In this document: positions 24,961 to 39,185 of the stretch, one piece after another
Position numbering within the stretch: the stretch's first letter is position 1
How the letters are laid out: each line of letters opens with the position of its first letter
Program-made: the position numbers and the translations under genes
NCBI RefSeq assembly: GCF_036321535.1
Contig: NC_087436.1
Coordinates: 82,214,001 to 82,278,000 of the forward strand
Source: Camelus dromedarius
Lineage: Eukaryota
Direction of reading: 5' to 3'
DNA: 64,000 nucleotides
Notes under the pieces: model-generated
Databases searched by the model: none
The model's input: the letters and a program-made list of their open reading frames with translations, nothing else
Told to the model about the DNA's origin: nothing

Positions 24961-26399
24961 TTTTAAAGGAGAAAACAATGCAAAACAATTTCCTTTCTGT
25001 CCCTGGTGTGTTGATTTCTGTGTAGGCTGTTAATTAAGATGTTGGCTTATAATTCAGACAAACTACAGTGTTTAGTAAGCCTTGCAAGCTCTAAACATTG
25101 GAAATTTATTTCCATATTCTGAGTTCCAAGACTGTAAACTGTACCAGCAAATGTTTCGTGGTTGCCTCTGTGTGGCAGGCGGTGTGTGTGCTTGGGGATT
25201 CAGCAAGGTAGAGCTGGCCCCTGCCTCCTGGAACTGTAACCTGGAAGCAGCAGAGATGGTGTGACATGAGGTGCTTGGACAGTTTTGGGAGTGAGGGAAT
25301 CAAGGAATGTTTTCCAAAAGATGGTCTTTAATTTACTGCAACCCAAAGTCTGAGTAGGAGTTATCCCAACCTGAATGGGAGAGGGAAACAGGTTCCAGGT
25401 GGGGCAGGAAGAATGTGACTTCCCAGCTAGTCAGGGATAGGTGATACTGCAAGTAGATACTGCAGACTGAACCGTAACCCGAAAGGTGACATATACTTGA
25501 AGAAAACTAGCACTGGCATTTTTTAAAATTTTTTTAAACTTTAGAAGCTGTCACACCAGTGAAGACTGCCTTGATCATGTTGGCCCCGGATGCCTCCTGG
25601 AAGTTTTTTACAGTTTCACCTTTGACCTTCATGCCCACCGTATGAAGCAGTTAGGGTTGGTAATGCTATCCTTTTATTGCCACGAGGAGTAGCCCCAAAG
25701 AAGCTGAATCTTGTCCAGTGTTGCAAGAGCCAGTCCTCAGCGGAGCCAGAACGGGGATCCAAGATCTTTTGGCTTCCCCCATCAGCACACCGCCCTCGTG
25801 CTCCCTGCAGTCCTGGTTAGTGATAACTGAGCCTTTTTGAGAACAGCATTGTTAGAAAAGTGCTGTTCTGTTGAAACTTGAGAGACTTAAAACACAGTGT
25901 TGCCAGAGCCTCCTGGTCTCAGTGGTGAGGTATGTTTCTTCCGTCTGGCTCTTTTTAGCTTATTAAAACAAACTGTGTCATGCTTAGAAGACACGGACGA
26001 ATGTATTTTATTTTGGTATCCGTGCATTTTCTTAGGATTACACAGTGTCATTCCAGGAGAGAGAAATGCAGACGGAGGCCAGCATTGCTGCCTTTTCTGG
26101 TCTGAGGTCCCCATAGTAGTAGTAAGGGGCACTCAAGTCTGAACAGCTTCTTCATACAAACATGAGGAAAACTTCCAGTCTCTAAAAAAAATGTTTTTGG
26201 TCATGCACATGACAACTAGGATCATATCCCCCCTTTAAATACTAATACATTAGTCTCGTGCCTGAAGGTTGAGGTTTTTGGAAAGGTAGTGTAGCAGTAT
26301 TGTGAAGTGAAGCTCAGTCACTTGAGAGCATTGTGTATCCTTGGGCATGTAACTTAATTTCTTTAAAATTTAGTCTCATTTTAAAAACTGGAATAATAC

Positions 26400-26626
26400 T
26401 GGGAGTTTGGGACTGGCAGATACAAACTACTATGTACAGAATAGCTAAACAACAAGGCCCTACCATATACCACAGGGAACTGTATTCAATGGCTCGTAGT
26501 GACCTGTAATGAAAAAGAATATGAAAAAGTATATATTTATATGTATGACTGAATCATTATGGTATACAGTAGAAATTAATACAACATGGTAAATCAACTG
26601 TACTTCAATTAAAAAAAGGTGTGAAA
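26400..26626 (+). mobile_element. Short L1 3'-UTR tail inserted in a MIR
   Basis: gggagtttgggactggcagatacaaactac...aaatcaactgtacttcaattaaaaaaa; degenerate TSD aaaaactgg(aa/gg)taatac at 26383-26399 and 26627-26643; MIR-like flanks 26287-26399. Confidence 0.85.
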
Positions 26627-27689
26627 AAAAACTGGGGTAATACCACAGAGACTGATGTGAGAAATGGAGCATTATACAAAATTCCCTCAGATTTTTATTT
26701 CATTTTGCAGCTTCTGTGGTGAGAGATGTGTCGACGGCTGACGGTACATTTAGTATCCTAAGCTTTCCCCTCTGCCAAGCTAATGATGGCGTGTTTTACA
26801 GTTTCCTCAAATGGAGGAAATAATAGTGAGTAAAGAGCTTAATGCAATTATCAAGTGCAGTATGTATTTAATACTTTTTTTAATTGAATAGATGGATGGT
26901 TCCTGTGTTACGGCCATATTGCACAGCGGGCAGGTGAGGGCTCCGCCGGGAGGTGTGTCTGTATACAGGACATCAGATCTGAGAGGTGTCTGAGTTGGCC
27001 TCTTCTAGGAGCCTAGGTACTGAGGAGGGGAGACAGCAGTGACATCTGTGGTTGCATGTGCCAAAGTCAGTGTCTCTGCCACTGAAGGAAAGCTAGACAG
27101 GGAAGGACCTGCAAACTAGATTCATGTCGTTAGCATAGATTTTTGCTGTTGCTTTTTTTTTTTTTCTCGTCTCTTGTTCTTTGAGGAAGTCTTACCTAAG
27201 ATCTTTAGCTGTAACTTGGCTGTGCTTCTGAGAAGCTGATTATTTACTCTTTGGCCACAGTGTTGAAGGGAGAGCCTGACTTCCCTGAGCAGGAGCAGCA
27301 CTGCTCAGCTGGAGACCCTGTGGGGAAAGCAGATTTTAAGGGAAGGGATTAAGACATAATGGTTTGTTGAACTACGCCTCCCTTTTTGGAATGTCTCCTT
27401 CCAGTGGCAGACTTGGAGGTGCCAAGTTGTACTTTTTAAAACAAGGCAGCCTGTCCTTACAGATATTTCTTTGCAAACACAGCTGAAATGCCTACTGTAC
27501 CTCAGTTTGAGAATCTCTAATTTGGGCCAGGGAAGAGTGCAGACAAGAGCCTTGGGTGGACGGAACATAAGATGGACTCAGCTGTAGAGACTATCTTGCA
27601 ATCTCTCGCCTCTTAAATAAAGCTTTAAAGCGTGTCTTGGTACACACAGGAGTATTTAGGAGTAAAAGAGCATTAACTCTGACTTGCTC

Positions 27690-27843
27690 TCAAATGTGTG
27701 AGGTGGGCTGAGGAGGGTGGAAACACACTGCGAATGTGGTAGAAAGCCAGCATTTGGCTAATCTGAGTGAAGGGTTTGTGGGAATTTCTTTTATTATTTT
27801 TGTTATTTTTCTGTAAGTATGAAATTATTAAAAAGTTGAAAAT
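27690..27843 (+). mobile_element. Ancient L1 (L1ME-like) 3' end
   Basis: aatctgagtgaagggtttgtgggaattt...ttttctgtaagtatgaaattatt is typical of old L1 termini. Confidence 0.55.
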
Positions 27844-30169
27844 GTCTTGAGCATCCTTCTGTGCAAGCACATGTATTTACATTCCTTCGTGGGTATGTAT
27901 GTGTATTGTTTGTGTAACATACTGCTGTAGGGCGCACGGTAAAAATCTTTAGCCTGCTGCTGGGCATTTGATCATTTCCAGTTATTTGCCATTATAAATA
28001 GTGCTGCTGGCGATCTTTAAATAAGATATATCCTCGTGTATTTGGATTGGAATTCCTGTACCCCTTTGAAATACCCCTAATTCCATAATGGACCTGATGT
28101 GGAAATTCACAGTACATTAACCAATTAATGCTTGACCCTTAGACCTTGGTTAGAATTTTAAATGGGTTAAATGGTGACTATTTAGCAATATTTATCTTAC
28201 CCAGATACTAATAAATAATAAACTAGAAAAAACTTCTATAGTCCTGGATCATCTCATGTAATAAAATGTTAGGAGAAAATAATGAATCTTTTAGTTACAT
28301 GCAACATCTTGGCTAAGTGACAGCTTGAGTAATAACGAACATCAGAGTCTTTTAGTGTCCTGAAGTTGTAGGTTTCTGACATCATTCTTTTGGAAGCAGT
28401 GGGCAAATCTTTTTTGCTCTCATTTGAACTGTGCTTCACTATTTCCTTGATTGCAAATATTTTAACTGGATTCCCATTCTCATTCCAGCAGCAGATAGGA
28501 TGAGGAGACTATTTGACCAGAGTCGTAGTCACATGCTGTTCTGTTGATTCACTTTCAACTCCTAATTATTATTTTTCCTGATGACGCATGTGAAAAAATT
28601 GAAACCATGAGGTATAATTACATTTTACCCTCAGGTCAAAATAGCATTAATTTCTGTTTCTGAAATCTGTGCTAAAATGTTTGGTTTCTAATGTTTGGTC
28701 CAGTTTTTAGCCATTCCTTAAATCATCTTGAAAAACAGAAATCTGGTAAGCAGATCTAGTTGTTGACATGCATAATACCCACAGATGGGTCTGATAGGGC
28801 TGGCAAATTAAAGGGATACCCTTGATTGGTTATACCTCCTAACTTCCAGACTCTACCTCAAAAATAAAAAACTGCAAGCATTTCAATAAAACCATCTTTA
28901 TGAAATTTACATGTTTAAAATCCAGACCCAGGCAAGTCATATTGCATTTGAATTTTGAAATGTCCATTAGATTCGATTCCAGGACAGTGTGAATGTTGTA
29001 TGCTCTTTTCCTTTCTTCTCCTTTTTCCTTAGAGGAACTAGAATGAAGGGAATGTTGGATTAATAAACCCTAGATTAGCAACCAGCACAGTATTAAATTA
29101 ACTCAAATTTGAAATGGGAGCTGGGAGAAGAATCCTTTCCCATCTGCACACGCTGGCTGTGAGGCGGGCACTGGATGGACTGACCGGGAAGAGCAGTGCT
29201 TTCTGCACAGCAGGCCAGTGGTGGGAGGGGTGTGTGTTGTATAGGACTTGGCCGGGACGCTTGGCTCATGAATTGACACAGAGCAACAGTTGCTTTTCCA
29301 CTGATAACCAAGAAGTCATGGGATTTGTTCCATATCTCTGGTTAAGGAAAAGTGAAATTTTTTTTAAATATTTAACTTTTCTGTTTAAAAATAAAGACTG
29401 TAAGATGACTCTCTTGAACACTGGTTGTGATACTACCAGCGGCAGCTGTCATGTGTTTAGCTGGGGCTAAGCAAGAAGTATAAACTGTGCATCTTTCCTC
29501 CAAGGTGCTAGGTAATCTCCTCTCTCCCTAGGGGCTTTCTCTGGGGACATGCTTTGTGTGTGAGTGTGCACACATGTATGTGTGTGTGCCTCTATGAAAG
29601 ATGAAAATGCTGGCCTTGAATGAGAACTGGAGATGGCCAACTTTAAAATGAATTTTTGGTGGGTTAGAACATTACCAAAAACTCTAACCTTGATTGGGTG
29701 TTGGTCTCCTTACTGTGGGCTCAAGAAGTTCAGTTCATCACTGTCTTTGTGTTCATTTCGCTTGGCTCACTGGACAGATGTTGTTACGAAGCAGCAAATT
29801 GTGGCACCGATTTCCTCTTTCTGCCTCTATTTTTGTAGTATCTGTTATTCCCATAGATTTACTAACGCACTAACTTCATTTAATATATACGTTTTCCATC
29901 AGAAACTGCTGACCTGAGGGTCAAAATTAGTCTGCCATTGTCTCCAGTGGAACCCTTTCCTCCCCGTTTAAGTCAGGTTAATCTCTTTGGTTTTCTTTCA
30001 TCCAGAATGTGGGGTTCCTAATACATAGCTGGTAAAAGGTGGGCCCTGAGGTGATTCTACTTACAAGAATGTTGCTGTATTAATTAATACCAGCATCTGT
30101 CTACTAAGACCAGCTCTGTAGTTGCTTTTTGGTTCGTGTGCTGATCTTTTTCCTGCTTTTCACTTTCAG

Positions 30170-30214
30170 CAGACCTACTCCAGTGAAGTCCACTGCGTTG
30201 AAGAGATTCTGAAG
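30170..30214 (+). CDS. AFF1: AFF1 coding exon (conventional exon 4), QTYSSEVHCVEEILK
   Basis: Polypyrimidine tract + ttttcactttcAG acceptor; 45 nt, phase 0-0; donor AAG|GTGAGC. Peptide matches AFF1 QTYSNEVHCVEEILK as recalled. Confidence 0.96.
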
Positions 30215-32554
30215 GTGAGCTTATTGTTACCATTTCTCACTTGAAATGTTTAAGTAGGCAGACATATATTCATTTTCTTTGACTTTAATGAACAGTTGTC
30301 ATTCCAGACCCCTTTAAACGTAACTAGCAAAGCAAAATAAGCCAGAATAATAACAAAAGGAGTCTTAGAACGTTATTGCATTCTCTGACAGATTTTATTA
30401 ATTGAAATGAAGTCTACAAACTGCAAGGCATTTGGAGCAGAGCTTTAAGACATGTCTCTCATGCTTCTCCGGTTGTCCGTAAAGACCCAGGAGAGTTGCT
30501 CACTTCTTTCTCCGAGTGGAAGCTCCCTGTGCTGCTGCCATATGGGAGGCACCAGGGGTTATGTAGTGTTTGATCTACGCCTCTTGGTGTTTTATAGGTG
30601 GCATCTCCTATGTGTGGCCTCATCTTAAGTGAGACTATGAATTTTTAAAGGGATGAGAGGAAAAATGGTAGAAAGTCAATGGACATCTTTAGACCTACCT
30701 TGAAAGGGTTATTTTTTGCTTTTGATTATTGAGATCATGCCAGGAACATTTGTGCTGCTTCTACAAATACATCATTGAATCCATTATCCATTTGTTCAGT
30801 TTTTCTTGCATAAGGATGACAAATTCCTTCTAGAATTCAGTTCCAGGAAAAAAGTAAATAAATTCTCCTCATGAATCAGCATGCTTTCTTTTTATCAGAG
30901 AATTATATAAACTGTTGTTTCTCATTTTGGCTTTAATTTCCAGGAAATCTAGAGCTAAATTTAATACTCAAATACAGTAATTGTAATAACTGAGGGTTTT
31001 GTTTATTTATTTCTTGTTCCTCTTCTGTGGCTTTTAATTTTTTTCATGTCTGTTTTACTGATACTCTTCATCTTTTACTATAAAGTTTGATTTTTTTTTT
31101 TTGGAAGTAGGAGAGAGATGACATATATACCTATTAATTTTTATCTCTGTTTCATACTTTTTCCCTCAAAATACGTGCTTATCTAATTTTTTTCTTTAAT
31201 GCTTCATTGCAAAGTATTAAGTGAGGGGATGCTAAAACCACTAATTAAGTATATTGGTTACCTTCTCATGTGTGAAATTCTTGACAAAAGTGGTGTCTAA
31301 CCAGATATTTGGAAAACAGTTCCATCATTTTTGTTTTTACAATGTTTGATCCCTTACTTTTGTAGTTAGAATTTTCTGAGAAATAGTTCTAAGGAAACAT
31401 ACTTTGTACTGCAAAAAATGAGAAATTTTTGCCAGCCATCAAGTAAGATTAATAATAAGTTGTCTTGATCAAGCTTTTATTTTATCTTCTCCCTCTGGTA
31501 TTTCTGAAATTCTTTGGTAAGATGAGTCATAAAAGTAACAGATGACTTAGTTATAAAATATGGCCTTAGCCTTTTCTGTGAAATTATTTGCGATTTGTTC
31601 AATGGTTATTTCATAAGTAAATACAGCGGTATAGATTAGTTGTCTCCTGGGTGTGTTTGGTTTTGACGTGTGTTAACATACAACTTGTTGAGTCCTTTAT
31701 GTAAGGTGATGGCATTAGAGTGTCAGGCAGGCGTTTTTAATTCAATGAACTCATCTGTCCTCCCCTCTCAGCCAACATCACTTTAATGAGTTCTTACTTG
31801 CCTGGAAATGCTTGAAAGTGGATATTTAACACAAGCCACAGGTGAGTGTTTTCATTTGGAAATCATAGATGGAGAAAGCGATTAGAAGGGTGTCCTGGAT
31901 GGAAGAGGGGCATGGGCCTCTGCCTCGTGGAGACTTGGAGTCCGTCCCCTCCTCTCCTCCTCTGTTGTGGGCCCCAGTTAAGTCATGTGTCATCCCCGGA
32001 CCTCAGTTTCCTCATTGGTAGATTGAAGCCCCCGGGCTGGTAGACAGTGGGTGATCTCTAGGGTTGGACCCAGCTCTCACTCTGAGATGCCGATCCAGAT
32101 ACTTGCCTCTGCCTTGTGGTCCCTGTTCGTATCTCCGACCAGTAATTTATGAAGATTGCCAGGATCCTGACATGCATCTTTCTGATGGGCGAGAGAAGCT
32201 GTAAATAGCTCCCTGACAGAAAATCAGTCATGGCAGAGATTGTTCCGTTCTCTGGTGGAAATACTAAGAGAGGAAGTGTTGTGATGAGGGGCAGTGATGG
32301 CCTGTGACTCCTGCAGACTGGCGGGGGAAGAAGACAGCAGACAGACACTGCCAGAAGCCAGGAATCGGTTGTGCACAAGGGTCTGGGTAGGGCACCGTGC
32401 CCTCGGCGGGCATGTGGAAACAGCTCAGCTTTTCTCCTTGCAGTGGCACAGCCTCAACAGCCTTTAGGGGAAGTTAACCCAGGACTTGTAGACATTGATT
32501 ATTTCAGTGCAGCATGCCAGTGAAACTGGTGCAGTGAGTGGCAGCACCATTTTT

Positions 32555-32900
32555 GTTCATTCATTTACTCAGCAAATATCCATGAAGACTCAAATACTTC
32601 TCTGAACACTGGGGACGCCATATGAATAAGACAGAGTCCTTGCTCTCTTGGAGATCACAGTGGGAAAGATAAATATATAATAAAGTGTCAGACGTTGATA
32701 AGGGCTGTGAGTCATACAGCAGGCAGGTGAGTGGAGGACAGGCAGAGGAAAGAGTGAGCGCAAAGGCCTTGAGGTGGGAACAGGCGGGTGCGTTAGAGGA
32801 ACAGCGAGAACTAGACAGCGTGTCTAGAGCCAGGTGAGCAGGGGGGAGAGTGGGGAGGAGAGAGCAGCGGTGGCACCTGGAAGGCCAGGTCTGAAGCAGG
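32555..32900 (-). mobile_element. L2 3'-end relic
   Basis: ttcattcatttactcagcaaatat...ctggggac...aataagacagagtccttgctctc is a typical reverse L2 terminus. Confidence 0.6.
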
Positions 32901-34923
32901 TGCCAGGTGATTTGCCCTCATTCGTGTGGTAAGTTGTTTTTCAGGACTTGGCCATTCTCTCCTTATGGCCCCAATTCTCATAAGGCCTCACTTCCTCTAT
33001 AAGGGGGGCATTTAGGGAAGTATATAAATTCTTTCACACTACCAGCAAACCACTGAGGGCCTGAAAGAGTTTATGCACTTTCCAACTGCCTAATTTAATA
33101 GCTGGGGCAGCCTCAGGCATTGAGAGTACAATGGATGTTTCCTGGGAATCCATGGTGACTGAAAGTCATAGATACCGATACCATTGGGATCCTAAAGACA
33201 TTCTTGGAAGACAGAAAGGTGATACTTTCAAACACCTTCTCAATTAATTATTACATGTTTTTACACTGTAACATTCTAATGGTACCATACGTTAGGGGAG
33301 AGCCAAATAAATAAAATAACAGGGAACTCTTCTGCGGTGCAGTATTTTAAAATTCTTTAAAAACTAGACTTTTAATTAAAAATTGTAATGCTTTTAACTT
33401 ACTAAGTGCTTTCTCTGACCACGTATTCAGGCACTTTACATACGCTTTGAAAAATAAGTGGTCTTTGTCCAGGTCTTCCTGAGAGCTGGGGCGCACGGAG
33501 CCCCAGCACCTCAAGCTGAGCTGACCAGCAGGGTCGGAGTTCGGGTCCAATCCGGGACTGTGGCTCCAGAACTGCTACCCTTTCCGTTGCCGTTTGGTAC
33601 AGAATTCCTCTCTTGTACTGAGCAGAAGGTGGTTAGTCAAGTGAGCAAGGGCATGATACCACCTTGAGCAAAAATTACTCAGAAAAGCCAGTGCAGGTTA
33701 CTTTGCTTGTCACTGTGCCTGGTCCTTTATGTCCTGGGGCTCTGGCAAGGACGGCCGTGGGAAGATGTGCACGGAGGCTGGGAATGGAGATGCTTGCCGC
33801 TGCACCAATTTCCAGTTGTGGCAAGGATCGGATGGCATTTCTGTGGTCGTGGGGAGGCTGGTCACCGCTGTGGGAGAAGGCCCAGTGCTCTGTACAGGTG
33901 GTACAGCAGGATCCTGGCTCCCCAGCTTGCTGGTGGAGGTTGCCTGTCGACCTTGACGCCAGTTTGCCAGGCAGGTCTGACACACGTGGGGATGGGCTGC
34001 TTTCTCTTGGACTCAGAAGGCGGGGGGTGCGGGTGGTGGTGGTGGTGCGTTCCCTGTGCTGCCAGCCGGCAGCTTCCTGGGGGACCTGATCCTGTCCTTT
34101 TGGACCTCGGTTTTCTCAGCTGTTAAGTGAAGGGGCTGGTGTTAACGACCTCTGGTGTCATTGTAGCTCTTCAGCAAAGTGTGTGTGTGGCACATTTGTG
34201 ATCAGGCACCTTTAATCTGACATTTTGTTTTCCACTTGTTCTTAGCAAGCAAATGTGCTTAGAAAAGAATTCATGTCCAGATAGGTATGTTACTTTGTAA
34301 GACACAGAAGTTTTGCCTCCATGAAAACAGCGAATAAAAATGAAACTTCTGTTAATGAAAAGGGATGGTCACGTTGTAAAGCGTTCTCCACAGAAGTTCT
34401 TATGTCCTAGTAACGTGTACCAGGGAAGGGTCAAATCCATTAAAACTCTCCCAAGTGGAACAAGTGACCTGAATTACTTGTTTGCTTAAGTCAAACAGGA
34501 AAGTTCTTCTTCCTTTGAACTTAAATAATTCCAGGAAGTGCAATAAAGAAGCTGAGGGAGAAGGAGCACATTGAGACGGGACTGCGTTTTCATAGTTACA
34601 TAAGCTCTGGTGCTACCTGCTGCCATTTCACGCTTCAGGCTCCGCAGGGTTCTGAGGCCGGTCCTGCTCTGTGCTCTCCTTCTTCAAACTGATTTCTTTT
34701 CAGTTTTGTTTGTTGGAGATCTTCAGCTTTTGAGCAAATATAGCCCACCAAGTAGGAGGTATTTTCTGTTTTTTGTTTTTTTAAGTAAATGAAATAACTC
34801 TTAAGATTTTACTTTTCATTTACCATCAGTCCACTCTACATTAAGTTAAAGAAGTTAACTGAAGTAGCAGTAAATGTTCTATTTATAATTTTCTTTATCT
34901 TGCCTTTCCAAATCTCTTTCCAG

Positions 34924-35010
34924 GAAATGACCCATTCATGGCCTCCTCCTCTGACAGCAATACACACGCCTAGTACAGCTGAGCCCTCCAAATTTCCTTT
35001 TCCCACAAAG
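34924..35010 (+). CDS. AFF1: AFF1 coding exon 5, [29 protein letters not shown] (AFF-family conserved, ELL-binding region)
   Basis: ctctttccAG acceptor, AAG|GTAACT donor, 87 nt; hallmark AFF motif [13 protein letters not shown] visible in ORF 34900..35100. Confidence 0.97.
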
Positions 35011-35955
35011 GTAACTGCTTACAAGTACAGCAAGCCCTGCATCCACACCAGTGAAAAGTCTGAAATATTGCTGTGTGCCAGATTAAGTATTACTTGTTGA
35101 AATCTTTGGAAATTAGGTTAAATTTGCAAGTTACTTTTAGTTTCTAAAGTGCTTCCTAATGCTTGCACATGCTTTACTCGCCAAGTCATGTCAGTAAGTA
35201 CATCTTACACTTGTATAGGGTTTTGTGGCTTAGGAAGGCATTCAGGACTTTACAATAAATTCTGTCATTTTTGAGGGTCTTGACTTAGTTGTGGGGGAGG
35301 TGGAGTCAGAGGTACAGGGAAGTTAAGTGAGGTAGGGTGTCTGCTTCCTGCTTCAGAATTTAGACGCATACATACATCTTACATTTATCATACCTCCTAC
35401 CTTTTCTTAAAGTTTAATGTGATCTGTTGCATTAGTGATGGTTTTAATAACAAGCTAATCAGTTGCTAACTTGCATGTTTCTGTTGATTGTAAATGTTAT
35501 ATTAAAAACACTGCCTTTTTTGTTGCTGTTGTTCTGTACTTGTACATAATCTTCAGAAAACAGAAATACCACCTTTAGATCTGTGTTTGGTCCAGCCTGG
35601 TATATATGCACATTGTTAATACATGTTCTCTGTTCCTTTCCATGATGTCACTGAGGATTTATCTACCCAAACCCGAATTTGCCATGTTGGATGCTTTCTA
35701 TCTCTTCTAGTAATAGTTTTTTTTTTTAAAGGTAATTCATTATTTGATTTTAAGGTAAAACATTATACCTTGTGCTTAAAAAAAAAAATCCTTGCTTGAC
35801 ATCAAAGGAAAAACTCTAGGAAAGAATAGAAGCAATAAAACCTAATTTATGTAAAAATTAGATTTATCAGTGTTTATAAGATTTAGCAGTGATGCAGTCT
35901 TAGATTTATAAACCTTAATATTCTAATAACTAGAGATTTTTATTTTTCTTTCTAG

Positions 35956-35992
35956 GATTCTCAGCATATCAATTCTGCAACCCAAAACCAAA
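35956..35992 (+). CDS. AFF1: AFF1 coding exon 6, DSQHINSATQNQ(K)
   Basis: tttttctttctAG acceptor, CAAA|GTAAGT donor, 37 nt (phase 0-1); resembles human DSQHVSSVTQNQ. Confidence 0.93.
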
Positions 35993-36879
35993 GTAAGTAA
36001 ATACGTGGAACAGATGATTGCGTTGGAGAACAAAGCATGGTGTTGACTGTTTAAATATAAAAAAAATTAATGAAAGATGCCCCAGCAGAGATAGGGCCTC
36101 CTGTGGTTAAAACATAGGAAGGGAGGCAAACATAAAGCTGGTCTTTAAGTAGAATTTCGGATTATTGCAGTGTTAATGAAGATATCTTATAAAGTACCTA
36201 ACATATAATTTGGGGTTGCCTGACTTATGATGAATATCTGAAGAGCTACTGTGAAAGCATTGTTACCCTGGAATTGTATATAAGAATGGGTTGGGGTATT
36301 TTATGTGGTTCTTGTGTTGTTTTTTTTTTTTTTAAACAAAGTACGGAATTTTTATAAGGAAGAGAGCACATAGCTTCTTAAGTCCTTCTCTATGTATTTG
36401 CCATGTAATTCTTTTCTGGCTTTTTTTTTATGGATTGGAAATATTTGAGAATTCAGGGGGAAACAGGAAAAAGCTAACTGGATCCAGCCTTTCTCTTCAT
36501 CAATAACTCCTCAGTTCAGTCAGTTCTTTGTGTCCTAACTACATGCGAGGCATTTGAAGCCTTACAAAAATGCCTAGTGTATTTGGAATCATTTAGTTCC
36601 TTAGCATCTGGTGAGTGCCTGATTTACGGAGTGTTCATCTTCAGAGGACGGGGAGACCACAGTAGGGTGTGTGGAGCATGTATGTGGGTCCAGAGAAGGT
36701 TGCTCATGGACGCCCCACAGAGGTGGCTCTTCTTCAGATCTCCCCATCACATTCTTTTCCCTCAGTTGTATTTTCCTCTCGATTATCCTGTTGTTTATAA
36801 ATTGCAAGGATACGAGGAGAGTTGAAAAGATGAGAAAAGCGAAAAACGAATGTCTTTCCTCTAGGGTAGGGGCAGGCAC

Positions 36880-37045
36880 ACCATAGCCTGAGAGTCAAAT
36901 CTGTTGTACAGCTAGTTTTTGTAAAGAAGGTTTAATTAGGTTGCAGGCATGCCCACTCATTTATTACTAATGCTACAGGGTATAGCATGCCAAGTCTAAA
37001 ATATTTGCTACCTGACCTTTACAGAGAAAGTTTGCCATCCCCTGC
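36880..37045 (+). mobile_element. MER58A-like hAT DNA transposon relic
   Basis: gtttttgtaaa...ctaaaatatttgctacctgacctttacagagaaagtttgccatcccctg. Confidence 0.7.
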
Positions 37046-39185
37046 TCTAGAGATAACGAATAAGACCTTGCAAAGAACTGCTAACTAAATGCCTTCCAGA
37101 TGCAGAGAAATGAATGTGACCATCTTGCCACAGTATTGGGGAGATTGGGAAATCTTTTTCACCCCCCCAACATCTTGGCAGCACAAGTGAGCAGGCGGGT
37201 CCCCAGCTCAGCTGTGGGCTGCATTGCTGTGCACCTTTGACCTCTTGCTCCCCTGCCCCCCAATGTCCTAGGGCGCCAGTCATGCAGATTATATGCCTTC
37301 CACTGGGCTACTCACATCTTGCATGATTGCTAACTCCTGGTTTAGAAAGACCCTATAATCCTTTAAGCTGTCTGATTTCTCCTTTTTTGCAAAATATAGT
37401 TGAGGATGAACTGGTAAGCACTTTTTTGGCCCAGGCTGGTGGCCCTCTGGGCCTGTGCAGGAGTGTGGACTGGTTCCTCGTTGTCCTGATGAGAAGTCTT
37501 CAGATGCTGGCAGGTCTCCTGTAGGTCTTGGCTCAGCAAATGCTTACTCTGGGGTTTTTTTGTGCTGCTACCACTTTGTCTGTTGGTGTTCTGGAAAACC
37601 TTGTTTACCTCTGAGAGTGTGACCTTTAGGGGGTAGAGTTGGGCACTAGAGGGGTCTCGTTGTATGTTGGATGAAGAGGGAGTGGAGTAGGTGCAGATAG
37701 AGCTTTCAGAGAAGTAGAGTGTGACATCTATTTCTCAAAGTAAGCTCAGCAGGAGAATTCAGATTTCTTGAAAAATTACCTTATGGTTTTGGAGTCTGTA
37801 GAGGATGAAGTACAGGGATTTTACTGGAATGCCCCAGTATTAATGTCCATGTGTGCAAAAAAAAAACTTGGCTGCCTGAGGATTACCAGAGCCTTGTGGA
37901 GCTTGGACTGTGCTGAGATGACTGTGTGGAGTCTGTCTGAGTGGATTTAGCCCCTCTAATTGGGAATCCCAGCCCCAGCTTGCTAGCCAGAAGAGGAGGC
38001 TGTTAAAAAATATCCTATAAGAGCTGCTGCCACCATGAGGATGAAGCGGTTAATTGCACATGTTCGAGGGTCTCCACCTCACGCTGGTGGGGCATCTCCT
38101 CACCCCTGCTGCAAGGCACCATGTTTCCATTCACTTCGAGTTCTGCTTCAGGTCCCCGTTACGCATCCTCCCAGCTGCTCTGCTGCCTCCACGCTGAACC
38201 TTTCCTGTTCCTTTCCATGTTCTGTCGGGTAGCACCACCAGGCTGATGTCTCTGAGGAATTGCCGTGGTGGTGTCTCATTGCCCAGCGACAGAAGTTTTA
38301 ACTTCCCACTGTGGCATTCAGAGCCGTCTAAATTCTGACTTGGGCCAGTCCTCCCGTGCTGCCCCCCGACTCTGCACCCCGGCTCTACCCCTCTGTCCTG
38401 TCCCCGCTTTCCTACCTTCACTCACATTGTCTCTTCCGTCCAAAGGCGTTCCCCCACCCCCATCTCCCTCTTGCCGGCAGTCATTCTCTCTGCATCTCAC
38501 ACATCTTTTGTGACACAATTGATTTTGTTCCTTTTGCCATTACCAGCAGAGTGACTATTGTCTAGATTCCCGAGACGGTCCATTTTTTGTGCACTTACCT
38601 CACACTGCCTGTGGTTGTAGGTATTTGTGCGCCTGCTTGGTGTCCCTTGGTCAGCTGCAAGCTCCTTGAGGACAAGGTCAAATGCCCTGAACATCTTGGT
38701 GTCTAACAGGCAGTTTGTAAATAGCAGTTGAATGAATGTATGGGGGTGCAGGTGGGAGCACAGTGGGCCAAGGACAGAAGCTATAAATGGCAGTGCTAGG
38801 CTGTCACTGATAGATATGTGAAGTCACACCGGGTGGGGGGTGAGGGCCGCCCAGTCATATTGCTTCTGTGGGGGGACGCCCCCTGATACCAAGGAAAGGT
38901 TCCCACTCATGGGAGAGTCTCCGGCAGCCTGGATAGCATGTCTCAGAGTGTGTTCTTGTTAAGGGATTTTCTAATTCTGAGCAAGCCCCTTCTCTAGCGG
39001 TAACATAAATGTTATTTTATAAGCAGTGTATAGCACCCTGGTTGATGGAATTCAAGTATTCTAAGAGTTTAGGTGAAAAAGGTGAAGGAGGGGACAGCAA
39101 AAAAAAAAAAAAAAAGAGAGAGAATTTATAACTAATAGTCTCGGGAATTTGTCTTTGTGTTTGATCATTTTTCCCTCCCTTACAG

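Noticed and set aside
33458..34126. Cluster of overlapping 70-141 aa ORFs
   Set aside because: Moderately GC-rich intron, several non-ATG starts, no recognisable homology or splice support.
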